From Thermodesulfobacteriota bacterium (lineage in GTDB: Bacteria; Desulfobacterota; BSN033; UBA1163), in contig JBDOIB010000155.1 of assembly GCA_041082155.1 (NCBI GenBank), forward strand, positions 1 to 37,620: a stretch of DNA of 37,620 nucleotides, written 5' to 3'. Below are positions 29,254 to 37,620 of this stretch, piece by piece; the first letter of the stretch is position 1, and each line of letters begins with the position of its first letter. Below the pieces are notes generated by a model. The model saw only the letters and a program-made list of their open reading frames with translations, had not been told where the DNA came from and made no database searches. The position numbers and the translations under genes are program-made.

Positions 29254-31473
29254 CTATTCTGACACCCGATATCCGCAATCTTTATTGGGGCACCTTTTTG
29301 AAATTCCAGAGCGGGTTGGTTTCTCAACCAAAAATGGAAAATTACATTGGGGGCAATGTTCCGGAATGGGTTTATCCCAGAGGGCAAAGGTGCATTGGGG
29401 ATAATTGGAACAACTGTAGAAGACCTTCCCTTTTCGACTCTTTCGCTCAACGATTACACCGTCACAATTCTCCTGAGGGCAAGCCACTCCAGTGGTCAGG
29501 GATTGGGTAAATGTGCAGGTGGGATAATTGGAGCAGGCTAAAAATCTTCCAAACCTCCCATTTTTGATGACCATGGAACTTCCACACTGTTGACACCGGG
29601 CATTGGTTTCTTCAACTAATTCCCCCGTTTCATTTAAATCTTTGGTATAACGACACTCGGGATATTTAGAGCAGGCCAGGAAATACCCTCTCTTTCCCCA
29701 GCGTCGGACCATCTTCGAGCCACAGCGCTCACATTTCTCTTCTGTTGGTATCATCTCAGCCTTCATATTTCTCATGGAAACCTTGGCCATCTCAAGATCC
29801 TTCCTGAAATGGGAATAAAATTCCCGAAGCGTTTCCACCCATCCTTTCTTTTCCTCTTCGATTTGATCTAAATTTTCTTCCATCTGAGCTGTAAATTCCA
29901 CGTCAAAAATCTCTGGAAAATGAACAACCAAAAGATCATTGACCACAAATCCCAATTCGGTTGGAACAAATCTTCCCTTCTCCAACCGTACATATCCTTT
30001 TTCTTTAATCGTGCTTAAGATGGTCGCGTAGGTAGAAGGTCTTCCAATTTCCTTTTCTTCTAATTCCTTAATCAAAGTCGCTTCCGAAAATCGATAGGGA
30101 GGCTGAGTGAAATGTTGTTTTGGGGTGAGGGCTAACAGTTCCAGCACTTCCCCCTCTGAAAGGGGAGGCAAGGATTCCTCTTTGTCCCCTTCATGATTAT
30201 CTTCACTCTCTACATAGAGGGCCATAAATCCTAAAAAGAGGGGGATAGAACCTGTAGTGTTAAAGAGGGCCTCACCCGATTGGATCTCCACCTGGGTTTG
30301 GAGAAAACGAGCCGAAGCCATCTGGGAAGCCACGAACCGGTCCCAGATCAATTTATAAAGCTCAAATTGGTCTTTGGTGAGATGGGGCTTGATCTTTTCT
30401 GGCTCAAGCTCCATCGAGGTTGGCCGGATGGCTTCGTGAGCTTCTTGTGCTCCCTTGCGACTCCTGTAAAGATTGGGTTTGGGTGGGAGGTAGGTTTCTC
30501 CAAACTGCTTTTTGATCCATTCCCTCACATGATGGATCGCCTCCGTGGAGACCCGAACCGAATCCGTTCTCATGTAGGTAATCAACCCCACTTGTCCCAT
30601 CTTTCCGAGACTCACCCCTTCGTAAAGCTCCTGGGCAATCCTCATCGTCTTCTGCGCGGAGAAGTTAAGTTTCCGAAAAGCCTCCTGTTGAAGTCGACTG
30701 GTGATGAAAGGAGGAAGAGGATGCCTTTCTCTCTCCTGTTGAATGATTTTGGTGACAATAAATGGATGCGATTCCAATGCCTTTTTGATGGCCATCGCTT
30801 CCGTTTCATTGGCAATCTTGGCTTTCTTACCTTTCCATTTCACCAATTTGGCATCGAAAGAGGTCGGGGAAACTTTTCCTCTAAGAGTCGCGGTAAGAGT
30901 CCAGTACTCCTCTGGAATGAAATTCTGAATCTCCCGTTCTCTTTCGCAGATGATTCGAACAGCTACCGTTTGAACGCGACCGGCACTCAGCCCTCGTCTC
31001 ACTTTCTCCCAGAGAAGAGGACTGACCTGATAGCCGACCAGTCGATCCAAGATCCTTCGGGCTTGCTGGGCTTCATATTTGGAGGGCTGAAGCTTTCCAG
31101 GTTTCTGAAGGGCTTCGAGAACTGCTTTCTCTGTGATTTCGTGAAAAAGAACCCGATGGATATTCTTCCCTTTCTCCCCGATCTCTTCAGCGATATGCCA
31201 GGCGATGGCTTCCCCTTCCCGATCGGGGTCAGGGCCCAAGTAGATATCTTTCACCTCTCGACTGGCTTTTTTTAATTCTCTTATAATTTTGGCCTTGCCG
31301 GGGAGGATGACATAATGGGGTTTAAAATCATCCTCAATATCCACTCCCAATTCATTTTCCGGCAGATCTTTGATATGCCCCACAGAAGCCTTAATGAGAT
31401 ATTCATTTCCTAAAAATTTTTGAAGCGTTTTGACTTTGGTAGGAGATTCAACAATCAGAAGTCCTTTAGGCAT
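29254..31473 (-). CDS. topA: DNA topoisomerase I
   Basis: IVESPTK, DPDREGEAI, SAGRVQ, ITYMRTDS, QEAHEAIRPT, GRPSTY, C-terminal C4 zinc ribbons. Confidence 0.97.
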   Translation of the reverse strand: MPKGLLIVESPTKVKTLQKFLGNEYLIKASVGHIKDLPENELGVDIEDDFKPHYVILPGKAKIIRELKKASREVKDIYLGPDPDREGEAIAWHIAEEIGEKGKNIHRVLFHEITEKAVLEALQKPGKLQPSKYEAQQARRILDRLVGYQVSPLLWEKVRRGLSAGRVQTVAVRIICEREREIQNFIPEEYWTLTATLRGKVSPTSFDAKLVKWKGKKAKIANETEAMAIKKALESHPFIVTKIIQQERERHPLPPFITSRLQQEAFRKLNFSAQKTMRIAQELYEGVSLGKMGQVGLITYMRTDSVRVSTEAIHHVREWIKKQFGETYLPPKPNLYRSRKGAQEAHEAIRPTSMELEPEKIKPHLTKDQFELYKLIWDRFVASQMASARFLQTQVEIQSGEALFNTTGSIPLFLGFMALYVESEDNHEGDKEESLPPLSEGEVLELLALTPKQHFTQPPYRFSEATLIKELEEKEIGRPSTYATILSTIKEKGYVRLEKGRFVPTELGFVVNDLLVVHFPEIFDVEFTAQMEENLDQIEEEKKGWVETLREFYSHFRKDLEMAKVSMRNMKAEMIPTEEKCERCGSKMVRRWGKRGYFLACSKYPECRYTKDLNETGELVEETNARCQQCGSSMVIKNGRFGRFLACSNYPTCTFTQSLTTGVACPQENCDGVIVERKSRKGKVFYSCSNYPQCTFALWDKPIPEHCPQCNFPFLVEKPTRSGISKRCPNKDCGYRVSE

Positions 31474-31494
31474 TTAAGAGTTTCCCTTTCCTCT

Positions 31495-32595
31495 TTATAT
31501 CTTTTTACTAAAACATTTTCCGGGCCACTGAATAATCAACCCTTTCAATTCTAAATTTAATAAAAGGCTCGAGACTTTTCCAGGATCAAGACCGCTTTCT
31601 CGAATAATCGTATCGATATGTAAAGGGGTCTCTTTCATTTGTTCATAAATCTGTCTTTCCTCTGGGGTGAGTTCTGGACCTGAAGGCTCATGTTCTTTTA
31701 ATTTCTCTTTTTCCATTTTCCATTGGGGAAGAATCTCCTCCAGAATATCTCCGCTTGATTCGATCAATTTGGCCCCCTGACGGATTAGCAGGTGAGTGCC
31801 CCGGCTTCCTTTTGTTCCTATATTTCCTGGAACTGCGAACACTTCTCTCCCCTGTTCTAAGGCATAGTGAGCGGTAATCAACGACCCGCTCTCCTCACTG
31901 GCCTCCACGACGACGACCCCAATGGAGAGTCCGCTGATAATTCGATTCCGTTTTGGGAAATGGCTCCCATCTGGGGGAGAGCCCATCGGAAATTCACTGA
32001 GCACGGCTCCATGTTCGATAATCCTCTTAAAAAGAACTCGATTCTCTGAAGGATAGACGCGATCTACCCCACAGCCTAAGACCGCAATCGTTCTTCCTCC
32101 GGCGGAAAGAGCGCCCAGATGAGCTACGGAGTCAATTCCCCTTGCCATCCCGCTTACGATCGTGATTCCTTGAGAGGCTAATTCTTGACTTATCTTTTCA
32201 GTCACCCATCTCCCATAGGGTGAGGTTTTCCGACTTCCAACAATCGCAACAGCGAGCTCATCCTCTTTTTTCAACTCCCCCCGCATATATAGAATGGGAG
32301 GAGGATCATAGATTTCTCTGAGACGTTGGGGATAGATTTCATCGTTTAAGGTGATGACCTTCCCCCCAATCTCGTGGATTAAAGAAAGCTCTCGATAAAC
32401 CTTATGTTGAGAAGGACCCTTCAGAATTTCATTGGCGACCTTCTCATTTAGACCTTCAATATTTAATAATTCCTTTAAAGAAGCCTGAAAAACAGCCTCC
32501 GGGGTTTTAAATTGTTCCAAAAGTCTTTTGATGAGGACACTTCCTAATCCAGGAACGAGATTTAATGCCACCCAATAAAAAGGATCTTCAACCAT
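31495..32595 (-). CDS. dprA: DNA-processing protein DprA
   Basis: AIVGSR, VSGMARGID, FPKRNRIISG, SGSLITA, GREVFAVPG, C-terminal winged helix. Confidence 0.96.
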   Translation of the reverse strand: MVEDPFYWVALNLVPGLGSVLIKRLLEQFKTPEAVFQASLKELLNIEGLNEKVANEILKGPSQHKVYRELSLIHEIGGKVITLNDEIYPQRLREIYDPPPILYMRGELKKEDELAVAIVGSRKTSPYGRWVTEKISQELASQGITIVSGMARGIDSVAHLGALSAGGRTIAVLGCGVDRVYPSENRVLFKRIIEHGAVLSEFPMGSPPDGSHFPKRNRIISGLSIGVVVVEASEESGSLITAHYALEQGREVFAVPGNIGTKGSRGTHLLIRQGAKLIESSGDILEEILPQWKMEKEKLKEHEPSGPELTPEERQIYEQMKETPLHIDTIIRESGLDPGKVSSLLLNLELKGLIIQWPGKCFSKKI

Positions 32596-32648
32596 CTCGA
32601 AGCACTCTTTTTGAAAATCTTTTATAAAATATAAAGTCTAAAATGACA

Positions 32649-32688
32649 AAAAAGCTTTGAAGACATTTTTTTGTCTTCAAAGCTTTTT
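32649..32688. terminator. Intrinsic, probably bidirectional, terminator hairpin
   Basis: Perfect 17-bp inverted repeat AAAAAGCTTTGAAGACA-6nt-TGTCTTCAAAGCTTTTT downstream of the LysM gene. Confidence 0.8.
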
Positions 32689-32718
32689 AAATAATTTTAC
32701 TTTAATGGGATTCGTATT

Positions 32719-33513
32719 TTACTGGGTATTGTTTTCCATTCGCTCTTTGTCGTAAGGTTGAACCATATCCCCTTTCCCAATATAATCAAAGGCCTCAATG
32801 ATCTTGGCTGTATAAAAATTTCCAAATTGGTCAATGATCTGGATATTTCCGGTAATGTTATACTTTCTTCCTACTTTTTTCTTGGTGAGTGGATCCACAA
32901 TGACATCTGAGGCCCGAAAAAGGGTATATTTATTTCCCACTGCCACAGACTCTTTGGTCTTGAAGGCTAAATAGGCAATATCTCCTTCGGACATAAGGTT
33001 CTTTCCTTCTTTACTATCCAGGACGACTCCAATCCCAGAATAATGGAGATCGCCAATGAATCCCGCCGACCTAATTTCGGGAAAACCAACCCTCTTTTTT
33101 TCAGGAGGAGCGATCGGTTTCGCCTCGATTTTGGGTAAAACAGGAGGTTCTGGCTTTTCTTCTCTGGGAGGTGGTTCCACTTTCTTTTCTACCACTTTTT
33201 CTACCACCTCTTTCGGTTTCTCTTCAATCATTTTGGGAGGCTCCTCTTTTTTTACTTCTTCAAAGGGAGAGAGACGAAGGGGATTCCCTGGATAGATCCA
33301 GTGGGGATTGGTGATATAAGGATTCCTTTGCCACAATTTAGGCCACAAAAAAGGGTCTTTAAGAAACCGATTGGAAATATCCCAAAGCGTATCACCCCTT
33401 TTAATGGTATAGATGCCCTCTTCCTCCTTTTTCTCTTGGGCATTTGTTGTAAAAACGAAAAAGAATAAAACAACTAAAGTCAAAATAAGACGAATTCCCA
33501 TCCATCTTTTCAT
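32719..33513 (-). CDS. Exported LysM peptidoglycan-binding protein, TsaP-like
   Basis: Signal peptide, YTIKRGDTLWDIS...WPKLWQRNPYITNPHWIYPG LysM domain, Pro/Glu/Lys linker; upstream of dprA, as is typical for TsaP-like genes. Confidence 0.85.
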   Translation of the reverse strand: MKRWMGIRLILTLVVLFFFVFTTNAQEKKEEEGIYTIKRGDTLWDISNRFLKDPFLWPKLWQRNPYITNPHWIYPGNPLRLSPFEEVKKEEPPKMIEEKPKEVVEKVVEKKVEPPPREEKPEPPVLPKIEAKPIAPPEKKRVGFPEIRSAGFIGDLHYSGIGVVLDSKEGKNLMSEGDIAYLAFKTKESVAVGNKYTLFRASDVIVDPLTKKKVGRKYNITGNIQIIDQFGNFYTAKIIEAFDYIGKGDMVQPYDKERMENNTQ

Positions 33514-33826
33514 TTTGGTCTCCTCCTCTTTGGGCTGGTCAATCACCATGGGTGATTGATGATTAAGATTATTCCTTCATAAGCCCTAATAGCCTAAAAC
33601 TTTAGATTTAAATTTAAAAGACTAAAAACACGTCTATAATTAGCCCCTTCGCTCCTTTTTGTCAAGAAAAATATGCAGCAATATTTATACCAATTTACTT
33701 CTCATTTGAACTATCTGGCGAAAATTATTGAATATTTTGCATTATTTTGTGAAGATCCAGTCTTTATCTCCTTCTAAAGAGTGGACAATTTCTATACAGC
33801 AGGTAAAATTTTTTGGGCAGGATCAT

Positions 33827-33855
33827 TTGACAATCAGAGTATTCTTTGGTATTTA
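33827..33855 (+). promoter_or_regulatory. sigma70-type promoter candidate
   Basis: TTGACA (33827-33832), 17 nt, TGn-TATTTA. Confidence 0.5.
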
Positions 33856-33878
33856 CGATTAGAGTTTAATGAAAAGAT

Positions 33879-34589
33879 ATGGATATCCCCCTTTCCAATG
33901 ATGAAACCTTAGATACTTTCTTCAATGGGAAGTTAAAAATCATCCAAAAAAAGAAGGGTTATCGATTTTCGATTGATGCCCTCCTGATCAGTGAGTTTGT
34001 CCATCTTCGAAAAGGGGAAAGAGTCATTGATCTTGGAACTGGATGCGGAATTCTCCCCCTTCTCCTTTCTCAGACGAGTAAAGCGAAATCCTTCATTGGA
34101 GTTGAAATCCAAGAAGACTTAGCAGAGTGTGCTCGAAAGAATGTCAGACTAAACCATCTGGAATCGATGATCTCAATTCTTCATCAGGACTTCAGAGAAT
34201 TAAAAAGTGTTTTTCCTTCCGGCTCTTTTGATGTGGTGATTTCAAACCCTCCTTACTGGAAGAACCGAACAGGAAGATTGAACCCTTCCATCCAAAAAGC
34301 AATAGCGAGACATGAACTGAAAGGAACTCTGGAGGATTTAATCTCTATCGCTTCTTATCTCTTGAAGCATAGAGGAAGGATCTACCTCATCTTCACAGCC
34401 CAAAGGGTAGTCGATCTCCTGGTCGCCTTACGAAAAGAGAACATCGAACCAAAACAATTACAGCTGGTCTATCCTCATCCCAGAGAAGAAGCAAAATTTG
34501 TGCTCGTGGAAGCAATGAAATCCAGTGGCATCGAATTAAAAATTTTGCCTCCTTTAATCCTCGATTCCGATCATCATCGATCTTTATAA
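33879..34589 (+). CDS. tRNA1(Val) (adenine-37-N6)-methyltransferase family (YfiC/YabB)
   Basis: GYRFSIDA, DLGTGCG, GVEIQ, NPPY, ARHE. Confidence 0.88.
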   Translation: MDIPLSNDETLDTFFNGKLKIIQKKKGYRFSIDALLISEFVHLRKGERVIDLGTGCGILPLLLSQTSKAKSFIGVEIQEDLAECARKNVRLNHLESMISILHQDFRELKSVFPSGSFDVVISNPPYWKNRTGRLNPSIQKAIARHELKGTLEDLISIASYLLKHRGRIYLIFTAQRVVDLLVALRKENIEPKQLQLVYPHPREEAKFVLVEAMKSSGIELKILPPLILDSDHHRSL

Positions 34590-34633
34590 AATTTTTTGAC
34601 AACTCCTTATAAATGGGATAATTAAAATAAAAA

Positions 34634-35647
34634 ATGAAGGAAGTGGGAAAATCCATTCTAAATTATAAAGACAGTCATCTCCATTCTATCCTTGAATGGA
34701 TGGGAGACGAATTAGGAAGGGTGGATGAGGAGATCCGAAAGAACCTGAAGTCTAATGTCCCCATCATTTCAATTATTGTGGAACACCTTCTTCAAAGTGG
34801 GGGTAAAAGACTTCGTCCTCTTCTCCTCATTCTTTCGGCAAAGCTCTGCGGGTATCAGGGGGAAGAACATATTCCCATGGCAAGTCTCATTGAATATATT
34901 CATACCGCGACCATTCTTCACGATGATGTTGTGGATCACGCAGAATTAAGAAGAGGAATCGAATCGGCCAATTCGAAATGGGGAAATGAAGCCTGCGTCC
35001 TGGTCGGCGATTTCCTATTTACAAAAAGTTTTTCCTTAATGGTAGAAAATGGAAATCCAAAAATCCTTCAGGCCATTTCCCATGCCACCACGCTCATGGC
35101 CGAAGGAGAATTGGAAGAACTCATCAAGACCAATGACCTTACCCTTACAGAGGAGGAGTATCTCTCTATCATCATCCGCAAAACGGCTGTTCTTTTCTCC
35201 GCAGCAACCCGCATCGGGGCTATCTTAGGGAAAGTGAGCGAGGAGAAAGAGAAGGCCTTATCTGAGTTCGGGATGAATTTCGGGATTGCCTTTCAACTGA
35301 TCGATGACGCTCTCGACTATGCTTCCAGAGAAGAAGAGTTTGGGAAAAAGATAGGAATCGATCTTCAAGATGGGAAGGTTACCCTCCCATTAATCTATAC
35401 CCTCAGATACTGCAATCCTGAAGAAAAGACCTTCATTCAAAGGGTAATGGATTCAGACCTATTGGAAAAATCATCCTTTCTTGAGGTCGTGAAGATGATT
35501 GAGAAGTATAAGGGTTTGGATTATACTTATCAGAGGGCAGGGCAATATGTGGAAAAGGCAAAAGAACATCTTTTTTCATTTCCACCTTCAGCGGAAAAGG
35601 ATGCGCTCTTTCTTCTCTCGGATTATGTCCTTGAGAGAAAACTATAA
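34634..35647 (+). CDS. Long-chain polyprenyl diphosphate synthase (IspB-like)
   Basis: GGKRLRP, HDDVVD...RRG, KTA, FQLIDDALD, GK..G.DL.DGKVTLP. Confidence 0.93.
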   Translation: MKEVGKSILNYKDSHLHSILEWMGDELGRVDEEIRKNLKSNVPIISIIVEHLLQSGGKRLRPLLLILSAKLCGYQGEEHIPMASLIEYIHTATILHDDVVDHAELRRGIESANSKWGNEACVLVGDFLFTKSFSLMVENGNPKILQAISHATTLMAEGELEELIKTNDLTLTEEEYLSIIIRKTAVLFSAATRIGAILGKVSEEKEKALSEFGMNFGIAFQLIDDALDYASREEEFGKKIGIDLQDGKVTLPLIYTLRYCNPEEKTFIQRVMDSDLLEKSSFLEVVKMIEKYKGLDYTYQRAGQYVEKAKEHLFSFPPSAEKDALFLLSDYVLERKL

Positions 35648-35662
35648 ATTAAGGAGTAAAAG

Positions 35663-35995
35663 ATGGAAGTTAAATCAAATTTGATTCATGTAAATGACCG
35701 TAATTTTACCTCAGAAGTTCTTCAATCGGATATTCCGGTGCTTGTGGACTTCTGGGCGACTTGGTGCGGCCCCTGCCAGGCCATCAGCCCCATCGTCGAA
35801 GAACTTGCAAAGGAATTTCTTGGAAGGGTAAAGGTCGCAAAATTAAATGTGGATGAAAATCCGGTTACGCCAAGCCAATACGGGATCCGTGGAATTCCTA
35901 CACTCATTCTTTTTAAAGATGGAAAGATTCTGGATCAGATTGTAGGATCTGTGCCAAAATCCCGTTTAAAAGCAATGGTGGAAAAAGCCCTTTAA
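35663..35995 (+). CDS. trxA: Thioredoxin
   Basis: VDFWATWCGPC, GIPTL. Confidence 0.96.
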   Translation: MEVKSNLIHVNDRNFTSEVLQSDIPVLVDFWATWCGPCQAISPIVEELAKEFLGRVKVAKLNVDENPVTPSQYGIRGIPTLILFKDGKILDQIVGSVPKSRLKAMVEKAL

Positions 35996-36099
35996 TATTA
36001 TTTCGAATTTCCAGTTTTTTTACTTTATTAAATTAAGGTTCCTCCTTCTTTTCCCTCGTGGCTAAATGAAGCCTGAAACATCACCCCACTGCCGGGGGC

Positions 36100-36702
36100 T
36101 TATCTCCTTTTCTCTGCTCTTTCTCGATCCAAAAATTGAAGATACCCTTCGATGACCTTCTGAGGGTCTAAATGAAGGAGTTTGGCATAAGCCTTCAAGA
36201 ACCCTTTTAGATAGACCAAGGGAGGAAGCTTGGGGACATCTTCCTCTTCAATCGCTTGAAGAAATTTTATATGAATCTTTGTTTCCTCCGATACCGATTT
36301 AAGATCGATGCCCAATCGTTCCCGAACCTCTTTCAAGGTTTTTCCTCGATAGTCGATATCTCCCACATGGAGAGTAAGTTCCTTGAAAGAAAGGGGGGTT
36401 TCTTTTTCTTCATCTTTTTCAATCTTTCGCGGCTCCTCTTTTCTAAAGGACCGCTTTATTTTTTCTCGATGGACTTCATCATACTCTTTCCGGGTCGCTT
36501 CATTCATAAGAACCCGATAGGCCTCCTCAATGATTTCCTGAATTTCCTGAATCTCTTCTTTTGAAAAAAGGGTGTAGATGGCTAAGGAGTCATGTCGAAA
36601 GGTTTCCTTGGCATGTTCATAAGCCTTCTGGATCTCTTTGGGAGTGGCTTCGGGGGTGATTTCTAAGATTTCATAGTAAGTCTGTTCGTTAATCCACCTC
36701 AT
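36100..36702 (-). CDS. J-domain-like plus RodZ-like helix-turn-helix protein
   Basis: TYYEILEI...EIQKAY...EAYRVL...RKEYD J-like fold without HPD; C-terminal LKEVRE...TKI...LQAIE...YLKGFLKAYA HTH. Confidence 0.8.
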   Translation of the reverse strand: MRWINEQTYYEILEITPEATPKEIQKAYEHAKETFRHDSLAIYTLFSKEEIQEIQEIIEEAYRVLMNEATRKEYDEVHREKIKRSFRKEEPRKIEKDEEKETPLSFKELTLHVGDIDYRGKTLKEVRERLGIDLKSVSEETKIHIKFLQAIEEEDVPKLPPLVYLKGFLKAYAKLLHLDPQKVIEGYLQFLDRERAEKRR

Positions 36703-36706
36703 GGCT

Positions 36707-37618
36707 CTATTCAGCCGTGGGAGCTTTCACCTGGGAGTGAAGCAATTTGGAGGCGATTTCAGAAATACATTGGGACGCCCTGCACCGCTCATTCTCAAGG
36801 ATAAGGGGCCGTCTTTTCCGAATGGAATTCCCAACCTCCTGATCATAAACGACATAACCTAAATAATGAAGATGAATCCCGAAATATTTCTGACAGGCAC
36901 TTCGAATTGAAAAACCCATCTCTATATCCTTTTTGGACTGAACCTGATTTAATATGAGATTGGGTCGAAACGCTTCGGTCTCTTCAGCCATCCGGTCTGC
37001 ATCCTCTGGATTTAGTCTCTTTGCCTCCCGAAAAAGCTCATAGGGATGACGGATCCCTTCTTCATTCTTCCCGTTCATCGCGTGATCGATCAGGGATTTA
37101 ACCGAAAGGGAGGAAACCGACTGGCGAAGTCTTCTATAAAAGGCACTTTTAAGAAAACGATAGGTATTTTCGATCGAGGTGGGCTCTGGGGTGACCACCA
37201 GGATTCCACCATCGGACATCAGAAAGAAGTCAAGCACACTGACGGCATTACCTCCTCCTAAGTCCACAATAATGTAATCTCCTCCGAGGGCACGAATCGC
37301 ACGGAGAAGCTTTTTTCTCTGAAGACTCTTTACATCTGCTGAATTAAGGAGGTCCTGGGTTCCTGTAAGAAGTCGGAGGTTAGGAATTCCAGGCGAGATC
37401 AGGACATCCTGAAGGTTTATGACTTTCTTCTGAATAAAGTCAGAAAGGGAAGGGAAAGGGGGACTAATGCCTAAAAGGGTATGAAGATTTGCTCCCCCTA
37501 AATCGGCATCCACCAAAATGACCTGAGCTCCTAATTTTGACAGGCAGATCCCCATATTGGCAGCCAAAAAACTCTTTCCGCTGCCTCCTTTTCCTCCGCC
37601 AATCGTCCAGAGGGCCTG
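36707..37618 (-). CDS. MinD/FlhG/ParA-family ATPase (5' end beyond the window)
   Basis: Frame is open to the window edge (QALWTIGGGKGGSGKS, deviant Walker A), VDADLGGANLH, VVTPEPTSIENTY. Confidence 0.88.
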   Translation of the reverse strand, partial: QALWTIGGGKGGSGKSFLAANMGICLSKLGAQVILVDADLGGANLHTLLGISPPFPSLSDFIQKKVINLQDVLISPGIPNLRLLTGTQDLLNSADVKSLQRKKLLRAIRALGGDYIIVDLGGGNAVSVLDFFLMSDGGILVVTPEPTSIENTYRFLKSAFYRRLRQSVSSLSVKSLIDHAMNGKNEEGIRHPYELFREAKRLNPEDADRMAEETEAFRPNLILNQVQSKKDIEMGFSIRSACQKYFGIHLHYLGYVVYDQEVGNSIRKRRPLILENERCRASQCISEIASKLLHSQVKAPTAE

Positions 37619-37620
37619 TT

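Noticed and set aside
30280-31275. 331-aa plus-strand ORF
   Set aside because: Antisense shadow of topA with no recognisable motifs.
35663-35995. trxA as the dedicated disulfide partner of the Hdr modules
   Set aside because: More than 8 kb from the cluster, opposite strand, housekeeping context; no linking evidence.

Overview
AT-rich chromosomal window from an anaerobic bacterium, probably Desulfobacterota (deltaproteobacterial type); the taxonomy is an impression from the 16S fragment and gene content only. Left end: 5' part of a 16S rRNA gene, tyrS, ymdB, rny, zapA/zapB and prfB with its +1 programmed frameshift. Right end: trmFO, topA, dprA, a LysM/TsaP-like gene, a tRNA m6A37 methyltransferase, a polyprenyl synthase, trxA, and a MinD/FlhG-like ATPase next to a J-like/HTH protein. 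The centre (6585-27188, all minus strand) is a ~20.6 kb co-directional cluster, preceded by a sigma70 promoter that overlaps a LacI-type palindrome. It encodes pyruvate/oxaloacetate carboxyltransferase, a LacI regulator, mdh, split fumarase, two complete HdrABC modules with MvhD and an FdhB/FrhB-like protein, an anchor-less FrdAB/SdhAB-like pair, and sucCD. This is the best candidate for an undescribed system: a soluble fumarate/succinate oxidoreductase wired to heterodisulfide-reductase-type electron bifurcation. Also notable: the second Hdr module has extreme strand-asymmetric composition; a ~335-nt rod-like RNA occupies the usual 6S RNA position; and a second ~215-nt rod lies antisense between topA and trmFO.
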